IMG/VR virus record: IMGVR_UViG_3300030098_001779
Location: 1-64,000 of that record
Source: a virus
Reading direction: 5' to 3' (one strand)
DNA: 64,000 bases
The notes under the pieces were generated by a model that ran no database searches, was not told the DNA's origin, and worked only from the letters and a program-made list of their open reading frames with translations. Below, piece after piece: positions 57,372-64,000 of this stretch (position 1 is its first letter; every line of letters starts with the position of its first letter). Both the position numbers and the translations under genes were made by a program.

Positions 57372-57874
57372 TGCCTAAAAACTATCCTGAAGAAGTAAAA
57401 TTAGCTGCTCTTGAATTATTTTTAGACAATAAAACAGGGGAACAAATAGCTACAATTGTAAATCAAGAGTTTGATCTTGAATTAAAAGCTCCAACTATAT
57501 ATGCTTGGGCTAAAAAGTATGATTGGAAAGGTGAAAATGCTTCTATGACAACAAAAGCAAAAGAGATAGTTAAAGAGAAACAAAGTCAAAGAATAGCTAG
57601 ACTACAAAATGAACATCTAGATTCTTATGAAAAGATGAGAAAGAAAGCTGAATCTGAACTAGAATTTTTAGATTTTGAAAGAGCTTTTGAAGCAGTTAAA
57701 GCTATGGATATTGGTATACAAGGTGAAAGAAAAACCATGGAAGGTATGGTAAACTTACAGTTTGTACAAGATGTTCTAAGTGTATTAGTAGAAGAAATTA
57801 CAGATCCAGACGTAATAACAAAAGTTGCAAATAGATTGCGAAGATTAGTTGCGGAGCGAGACGACATTGAATAA
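57371..57874 (+). CDS. terS: Terminase small subunit
   Basis: N-terminal HTH (TIYAW..YDW), immediately upstream of TerL. Confidence 0.7.
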   Translation: MPKNYPEEVKLAALELFLDNKTGEQIATIVNQEFDLELKAPTIYAWAKKYDWKGENASMTTKAKEIVKEKQSQRIARLQNEHLDSYEKMRKKAESELEFLDFERAFEAVKAMDIGIQGERKTMEGMVNLQFVQDVLSVLVEEITDPDVITKVANRLRRLVAERDDIE

Positions 57875-59516
57875 GAAAGATGAATTAGTTACATTTGATG
57901 ATGCCTTTAGTAAATTAGCTGAAGGTATTACTACAGGTAATACATCATATCAAGTTGGTAGTTTCTATGAGTTTCTTAGAGATACATGGTCACAAAGTTT
58001 TGATAATCCTGAATACTTTAATGCTTGGCATGTTGGTGTTCTTGCCGATGATATTGAAGATTGTCTAGAAAAAGGTCTAAATTATGTAGCAGTGTTACCA
58101 CGTTTTCATTTTAAATCTACTATTTTAGGGCATGCTTTCAGTGTTTGGAGACTATTGAAAGCTAAAAGAGACATGTCTATACTTTATTTATCTTATAGTG
58201 ATGGTATGGCAAGATATCATTTACAAGAAATAAATAAAACAATAAATAGAAATCCACAATTGTTGGATATGATGGACAACCGATCTCCAAAAGCAGATTA
58301 CTCATTTAGATACCATGTAAATAAAAAACCAGTAGAAATCATGCATGGTGGATTATTCTCTTTCAAAAGAGGTATGCATGTTAATGGTGCTTTAATTGCT
58401 GATGACGTATTGAGAGATCCTGAAAACCCTCTTAACACAGGTCAGATAACTAAGGTTGAAGATCATTTTATGACAGAAAGTTTATTCATCCCACTAAAAG
58501 GTGTACCTGTAATTGTACTAGGTACTCCAATGATGCCGGGAGACTTACTGAGTAATTTACAAAAAGATGACAGATTTAAATCAAGAGTGTTGCCAGCGTT
58601 AGATCCAACACCAGATAGAAGAGTATTGATGCCAGAACTATACAGTGAGAAGTGGCTACTAGATCAACAAAAAGCAAGACCTAAGTCGTTTGCTTCAGAG
58701 TTTTTGCTAGTACCTCACTTCGCAACTGAAGCGTACTTTAGTGAAGATGACATTGTAAAATGTGAAGATGAAACACTAAAAAGCTATTCTGCACATCAAA
58801 CTTTTAAAACTGAAGCAGGTGACCAATTGTTTGCAGGATTTGATGTAGGTAAAAAGAGACACCCATCTCATCTGGTTATATTTAGAAGAAGGGGTGATAA
58901 GATAGAACAAGTACATCAATCTTGGTTAGATGGATGGAGCTATTCAGATCAGATACAATATTTGAATGAAATAGCTGAAAATTACAACTTAGAGAAAGGT
59001 TACATAGATAATACAAGAGGGGAACTAGAAGATAGAGGACTAGATCATGTCTGGCACTCTATGACATTCTCACAGAAAAGTAAACGAACTATGGCTCAGA
59101 TTTTTGAAGAATATGTATATTCTGATAATCTAACCTTAATAAAAGATGAAAGACAGAAACAACAAATATTATCTGTTAGTAATGACCTTAAAGCACCAGA
59201 GACTCCGATGGGGCATGGAGATGCGTTCTTCTCAATAGCTATGGCATTACAAGCAGCTTACGAAACAACCCTTTACAGATACGAAAGTTTAGGTAGTGCT
59301 ACTGATTGGCTAGAGGCAGTATCACCTGAAGAAAAAAATACTGTAAAAGAACAAACTAAGTTACCTGACCTGTCAAAATGGACAGGAAATGAGTATAATA
59401 ATAAGACAGATAAAATACAAAAAGCCCCGAACCCAAACTGCGATGAGATGGTTTGTATGCCGAGCTTTTGGGTAGAAGAAAGAAATTTATGCCTGTACTG
59501 TGGGTACAGAGGATAG
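57849..59516 (+). CDS. terL: Terminase large subunit
   Basis: PRFHFKST Walker A, IADD Walker B, GTP, GFDVG, HGDAFF nuclease motifs. Confidence 0.9.
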   Translation: MRSETTLNKKDELVTFDDAFSKLAEGITTGNTSYQVGSFYEFLRDTWSQSFDNPEYFNAWHVGVLADDIEDCLEKGLNYVAVLPRFHFKSTILGHAFSVWRLLKAKRDMSILYLSYSDGMARYHLQEINKTINRNPQLLDMMDNRSPKADYSFRYHVNKKPVEIMHGGLFSFKRGMHVNGALIADDVLRDPENPLNTGQITKVEDHFMTESLFIPLKGVPVIVLGTPMMPGDLLSNLQKDDRFKSRVLPALDPTPDRRVLMPELYSEKWLLDQQKARPKSFASEFLLVPHFATEAYFSEDDIVKCEDETLKSYSAHQTFKTEAGDQLFAGFDVGKKRHPSHLVIFRRRGDKIEQVHQSWLDGWSYSDQIQYLNEIAENYNLEKGYIDNTRGELEDRGLDHVWHSMTFSQKSKRTMAQIFEEYVYSDNLTLIKDERQKQQILSVSNDLKAPETPMGHGDAFFSIAMALQAAYETTLYRYESLGSATDWLEAVSPEEKNTVKEQTKLPDLSKWTGNEYNNKTDKIQKAPNPNCDEMVCMPSFWVEERNLCLYCGYRG

Positions 59517-61407
59517 GAAGGAGATCACATTGGTCACGCAATTAACACAACAAGCAGAAACAGTTGCATCAAGTCGATACTATTTAAAGGACGAAAACAA
59601 CGAAGTTATTGAAACAGCAGATGATATGTTTGAACGAGTAGGTCAAGCAATCGCAAAAGTAGACATGGAACTCTATGGTAAGTTAGCTGCTGAAGCAGCA
59701 CTAACAGCTGTAGATTTTACAGACATGATGAAGAAATTAAAATTTGTACCTAACTCTCCTACTTTAATGAACGCAGGGACTGAACAAGGAACTTTATCAG
59801 CATGTTTTGTATTACCTCTAAAAGATAGCATGGAAGATATTATGAAGACTGCTCATGATATAGCCATGGTACAAAAGTTTGGGGGAGGAACAGGATTTGC
59901 TCTTAGTGAATTAAGACCAAGAGGTGACCGAATAAAAACAACTCACGGTATTGCATGTGGTCCAATACAAGTATTACAAACACTATCTAGGGTATCATCT
60001 ATGATTACCCAAGGTGGTAAAAGAGATGGTGCTAATATGGCAGTGATGTCAGTATACCATCCAGATATATTAGAATTTATTGACTGTAAAAAAGTTGAAG
60101 GTGAAATACATAACTTTAACATATCAGTAGGGGTAGATGCAGACTTTATGAAAGCAGTACAAGCTAATCTTAAATACCCATTAATCAATCCAAAGAGTAA
60201 ACAAGTAGTGGGTGAGTTAAATGCTAGAGAAGTATTTGATAAAATAGTATATGGAGCTTGGAGAAATGGTGAACCGGGCATGATATTCTTAGACAATGTA
60301 AACAAAGATAATCATGTAAAAGCAGAATATGGCGAAATGATTGCTACAAACCCTTGTGGTGAACAACCTTTACTAGGAAATGAGTCATGTAATTTAGGTT
60401 CTATTAATTTAGCAAAGTTTTTTCATGAAGATTACAATGATGTTGATTGGAGAGAACTAGAAAAAACTGTTAAAAGTGCTGTACATTTCTTAGATAATGT
60501 GATAGATGCTAACAAATATGCAACCCCTGAGATAGAAAAAATGACTAAATCTACAAGAAAAATAGGTTTAGGCGTAATGGGATTCGCAGATTTGCTAATT
60601 CAGCTAAAAATTAAGTATAATAGTATAGAAGGGCGTAAATTAGGTAAAGATATTATGTCCTTTATAAGAGACAAAGCTGATGCAGAGTCTAAAAAAATAG
60701 CTAATGAAAGAGGTACTTTTCCTGCATGGAACGAAAGTGACTATGGAGAAGATGAAAAATACAGAAATGCTTGTAGATTAACAGTAGCTCCAACAGGAAC
60801 TATCTCTATGTTAGCAGATACTTCTAGTGGTATAGAGCCTACATTTGCTCTAGCTTGGAAAAAGTCAAACATACTAGAAGGACAGACTTTGTATTATGTA
60901 AATAAATACTTTGAGGCAGATGCTAAAAGACATAACTTCTATTCAGAAGATTTGATGGAGCATTTATCTCAAGGCGGTTCTTTACAAACAAGAGAAGATG
61001 TGCCACCATGGGCGAAGGATATATACATCACTGCTCCTGAGATATCTGCTGAGGATCATGTAGAGATGCAAGCAGCTTTCCAAGAGGATTGTGATTCAGG
61101 TATATCAAAAACAATTAACTTCCCTAATGAGGCAACTATCGCTGATGTTGAAGCTGCTTATGTACATGCTTGGAAGCTAGGTTGTAAAGGTATTACAGTC
61201 TACAGAGCTGGTAGCAGACAGATTGAAGTCTTGGTAAAAGGAACTGAAGAAAAAGAAGAAAACGATAGTACAGAACAAATGAGTTTCTTTGATATGGTTG
61301 AGACACCAGAATCAACACCTGAGTGTTGTGAGTCTCCTAACATAGTTATGGAGTCTGGCTGTGAAACTTGTAAAGTCTGTGGATGGAGTATGTGCCATGT
61401 CGCTTAA
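59500..61407 (+). CDS. nrdJ: Class II (B12-dependent) ribonucleotide reductase
   Basis: [36 protein letters not shown]; C-terminal Cys cluster; no beta subunit nearby. Confidence 0.88.
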   Translation: MGTEDRKEITLVTQLTQQAETVASSRYYLKDENNEVIETADDMFERVGQAIAKVDMELYGKLAAEAALTAVDFTDMMKKLKFVPNSPTLMNAGTEQGTLSACFVLPLKDSMEDIMKTAHDIAMVQKFGGGTGFALSELRPRGDRIKTTHGIACGPIQVLQTLSRVSSMITQGGKRDGANMAVMSVYHPDILEFIDCKKVEGEIHNFNISVGVDADFMKAVQANLKYPLINPKSKQVVGELNAREVFDKIVYGAWRNGEPGMIFLDNVNKDNHVKAEYGEMIATNPCGEQPLLGNESCNLGSINLAKFFHEDYNDVDWRELEKTVKSAVHFLDNVIDANKYATPEIEKMTKSTRKIGLGVMGFADLLIQLKIKYNSIEGRKLGKDIMSFIRDKADAESKKIANERGTFPAWNESDYGEDEKYRNACRLTVAPTGTISMLADTSSGIEPTFALAWKKSNILEGQTLYYVNKYFEADAKRHNFYSEDLMEHLSQGGSLQTREDVPPWAKDIYITAPEISAEDHVEMQAAFQEDCDSGISKTINFPNEATIADVEAAYVHAWKLGCKGITVYRAGSRQIEVLVKGTEEKEENDSTEQMSFFDMVETPESTPECCESPNIVMESGCETCKVCGWSMCHVA

Positions 61408-61630
61408 TAGAACCTTTAGTATTTTTACTAATATAATAGAGAAAGCAAAAAAGAAAAAATCATCAGTTAATCAAGCTGGTAATTACACTAAACCTGCTAT
61501 GAGAAAAAGGCAGTTCGCTGCTATCAAAGCTGGTAGTAAAGGTGGTGCTCCCGGACAATGGTCTGCTAGGAAAGCACAATTACTTGCACAAAGATATAAG
61601 AAAGCTGGTGGAGGATATAGGAAGAAATAA
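61361..61630 (+). CDS. DUF5872-like protein, N-terminal half (likely start 61397)
   Basis: YTKP..R...GSKGG.PGQWSARKAQ...YKKAGGGY. Confidence 0.7.
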   Translation: MKLVKSVDGVCAMSLNRTFSIFTNIIEKAKKKKSSVNQAGNYTKPAMRKRQFAAIKAGSKGGAPGQWSARKAQLLAQRYKKAGGGYRKK

Positions 61631-61905
61631 TGGCTAAGACTGAAGGACAAAGATCTCTTAGCAGATGGACTGATCAAGATTGGGATTACGTTACTGCTAG
61701 AGATAAAAAGAAACCTAAAAGTAAAAGAGGTAGATATTTACCTAAAAAAGTACGTCAAGGTCTAACTGCGTCACAGAAAGCTGCTACTAATCGTAAGAAA
61801 CGAAAAGCTGGTGGTGTAGGTAGTCGTGCTAAATATTCAAAAAAAGTAGCAAGTAGAGTTGGAGCAATTAGCAAACTCTTAAATTATGTAAAAGGACTCA
61901 GATAA
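61630..61905 (+). CDS. DUF5872-like protein, C-terminal half
   Basis: QRSLSRWTDQDW...GRYLP...KAATN.KKR. Confidence 0.7.
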   Translation: MAKTEGQRSLSRWTDQDWDYVTARDKKKPKSKRGRYLPKKVRQGLTASQKAATNRKKRKAGGVGSRAKYSKKVASRVGAISKLLNYVKGLR

Positions 61906-61908
61906 TAC

Positions 61909-61938
61909 TTGACAAAGCTACGTCAAATATGATATAAT
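61909..61938 (+). promoter_or_regulatory. sigma70-type promoter
   Basis: TTGACA-N18-TATAAT. Confidence 0.8.
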
Positions 61939-61969
61939 AGAGTAAAGTATAGAAAACAGGAGGTCAATT

Positions 61970-62422
61970 ATGGCTATTGGAAGTTTACTAAGAGACAGAG
62001 ATATACAGTATGTTGCAATCAAAGATGATGCAACTAAAACATGGAGAATATTAGATACATGGAGCCCAGCATTAAAGGATTTTGATTCTGAAGATGATAT
62101 TCCAGATGATAGTGCTGCAGTATCTATTATAACAGAAGCTGCATTTATTGCATTGATTAAGGAAGCAACTCGTTTAGGTGTGTTAGAAAATGCTTCTTTA
62201 GGCGGTGGCGAAGTAAATGATGAAGATTTACTTGCATTAGAGCGTGAAAATCAAGAATTACACGAAAAACTGTCGAAAATGGAGCAAAATGTAGTAAAAT
62301 ATAAAGAGGAACCAAAAAAACCTCAATACTCAGAAAATTATGCGATAAAGGATAGAGCTATTCAAGCTATTATAAATCTTGCAGGTATGGCTGATGTAGA
62401 AAAAATAAGTGAGGATAAATAA
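61970..62422 (+). CDS. Hypothetical protein
   Basis: AGGAGG RBS. Confidence 0.8.
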   Translation: MAIGSLLRDRDIQYVAIKDDATKTWRILDTWSPALKDFDSEDDIPDDSAAVSIITEAAFIALIKEATRLGVLENASLGGGEVNDEDLLALERENQELHEKLSKMEQNVVKYKEEPKKPQYSENYAIKDRAIQAIINLAGMADVEKISEDK

Positions 62423-62424
62423 TT

Positions 62425-64000
62425 ATGGCAAAACTATCAGAATTTCTTCCAGATGTTCCAGAGGTTGCTAAAACAATTGCTAGTTTAAACGAACAAATTA
62501 ACATGTTGCAGTTGTCAAAAGCAGCAGGTGATACCGGACAAGCTCCGACTATCGGTCTTGATCATGTTGTAAACACATGGGTCAGACATCAGATGGCATA
62601 TCGTCAACAACTTGTAATGGATTTACAGACTATTACTTATTCTGTACAAGAAATACGAGGTCCGTTGACACATATCACAGGTGAAGTATTTAGACGTGGT
62701 ATGAAGATAAAGCCTAAAGTAAAAGATCCTGATAAATCACAATTAGTAAGATTTAGTAAGTTCCTCACTGATTCAAACGTATTTGACCAAAGTCTTGAAG
62801 AAGTTTTAAGACAATTTCACTATGATTTAAACTCTATTGATGATGCCTTTTTATATTTAGCAAAAGAATATGAAGAACTACCTAATGGTAAACTAGGTGC
62901 AAAAGTAAAAGAAATCAGAAGGTTGAACCCTGCATTAGTAGAATTTGACTTAGATGCAGCAGGTTTACCTAAAAATGCACATTTCTTATGTCCTATAGAC
63001 AGGACTGATGTCGCTGAAGAACCGGGTACGTCTAAAAAAGGTTACAAGAGAATACCTGCAATGTATAAGTATTACCACAGAAACCAACACATGTACTTAG
63101 CAGATTCAGAAGTAATACATCTATCTAAGTTCTCACCATCTGAAACTTATGGATGGTCACCTATATTAACAGTATTTGAAAAAGCCTTAACACTTATAGG
63201 TATGGATAAAAACTTATACCGATACTTCTTTGAAAGAAAGATGCCTGCTTCTATGATCATGGTAACTACTGATGATCCTGAAAGTTTAAGAAGGGAAAGA
63301 GCACATATAGCGGCTCAAACAAGACTTGACCCTAACTTTATACCTATGGTAGCAGTATCATCAAGAAACAATAGAGGTAGAGTTGACATGGTAAGATTGT
63401 TCCACACATTACAAGAGATGGATTACTTACCAGTAAAACAAGAAATAAGAGAAAGAATTGCATCTATGTGGGGAGTATCTCCTACATGGCAAGGAACACC
63501 TGAAGCATTTGGTGGAATGTCAGCAACTACACAAAACTTAACAGTGATGAGTAGAGTGGTAGAATCAGATCAAAGACTATTCCATGAAAAAGTATTCCCA
63601 GAATTGTTAAAAGCGTTTGGTGTAACTGATTATGAAATAGAATTACCTAGACCTGAAGAAAAAGCAGATGCAACTATAATCTCTCACACTCAACAAAAAG
63701 TAGCTATGGCAAGTCAATTAAGTCAATTAGGATTCACTGTTGAATTAAAAGAGAAAAATGAAACTGACATGCTAGAGATTGACTTCGTAATAAGTGGTGA
63801 ACCAGTTCCAACTGCTAAGATGCAAGGTGAACAACAAGCTATGCAGTTAGAACAACAGCAACAACAGATTGAACAAGCTAAACAACAAGCTGAAATGGCT
63901 CAGATGCAAGCAGTTCTTCAAGAAGAATCTGAAGAGCCTACAGGCGAAGATGATGTTGAAAAGATGGAGAAAGGATATCCATTTAAAAACCTAGATGATT
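62425..64000 (+). CDS. Portal protein, 3'-truncated (not in ORF track)
   Basis: Open to window end; EVIHLSKF.P..TYGWSPI...YFFERKMP...RERIASMWGVSP portal motifs. Confidence 0.85.
   Translation, partial: MAKLSEFLPDVPEVAKTIASLNEQINMLQLSKAAGDTGQAPTIGLDHVVNTWVRHQMAYRQQLVMDLQTITYSVQEIRGPLTHITGEVFRRGMKIKPKVKDPDKSQLVRFSKFLTDSNVFDQSLEEVLRQFHYDLNSIDDAFLYLAKEYEELPNGKLGAKVKEIRRLNPALVEFDLDAAGLPKNAHFLCPIDRTDVAEEPGTSKKGYKRIPAMYKYYHRNQHMYLADSEVIHLSKFSPSETYGWSPILTVFEKALTLIGMDKNLYRYFFERKMPASMIMVTTDDPESLRRERAHIAAQTRLDPNFIPMVAVSSRNNRGRVDMVRLFHTLQEMDYLPVKQEIRERIASMWGVSPTWQGTPEAFGGMSATTQNLTVMSRVVESDQRLFHEKVFPELLKAFGVTDYEIELPRPEEKADATIISHTQQKVAMASQLSQLGFTVELKEKNETDMLEIDFVISGEPVPTAKMQGEQQAMQLEQQQQQIEQAKQQAEMAQMQAVLQEESEEPTGEDDVEKMEKGYPFKNLDD

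Noticed and set aside
59392-59399. AGTATAAT upstream of nrdJ as a late promoter
   Set aside because: No GGAAA-like element at the 13-nt spacing; lies within terL coding sequence.
1-64000. tRNA genes or alternative genetic code
   Set aside because: No cloverleaf with a TTCGA T-loop recognised; core genes are intact under code 11 with all three stops used.

Overview
AT-rich fragment of a large tailed dsDNA bacteriophage. It looks siphovirus-like and probably lytic: there is no integrase, tRNA or CRISPR array in the window. Layout: (1) 1-10 kb is a + strand early/host-takeover region of small, often acidic ORFans driven by about 11 near-consensus sigma70 promoters (TTGACA-N18-TATAAT). (2) 10-15 kb is a convergent, mostly - strand array of promoter-bearing mini-cassettes. 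Successive cassettes are separated by copies of a conserved GATATATC-N0-2-ATAACTCC motif (10 full copies, 2 half sites). One cassette is inverted and one appears to make a structured ncRNA. A candidate genome-end/packaging region follows. (3) 15.8-45.2 kb holds late virion genes: nuclease, PAP2-domain polyprotein, duplicated tail-fibre modules, neck, tail tube, frameshifted chaperones, short tape measure and an S74-chaperone tail tip. Several operons start at a second promoter class, GGAAA-N13-AGTATAAT. (4) 45.4-57.4 kb has a kissing-loop RNA leader, Hsp20, a phage sigma factor, DnaB, primase, SSB, PolA, ribosomal protein bS21 (missed by the ORF track), RecA, Cas4-like nuclease and RuvC. (5) 57.4-64 kb has TerS, TerL, class II RNR and a portal gene truncated at the window end. 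All product calls come from motif recognition by eye; no searches were run.
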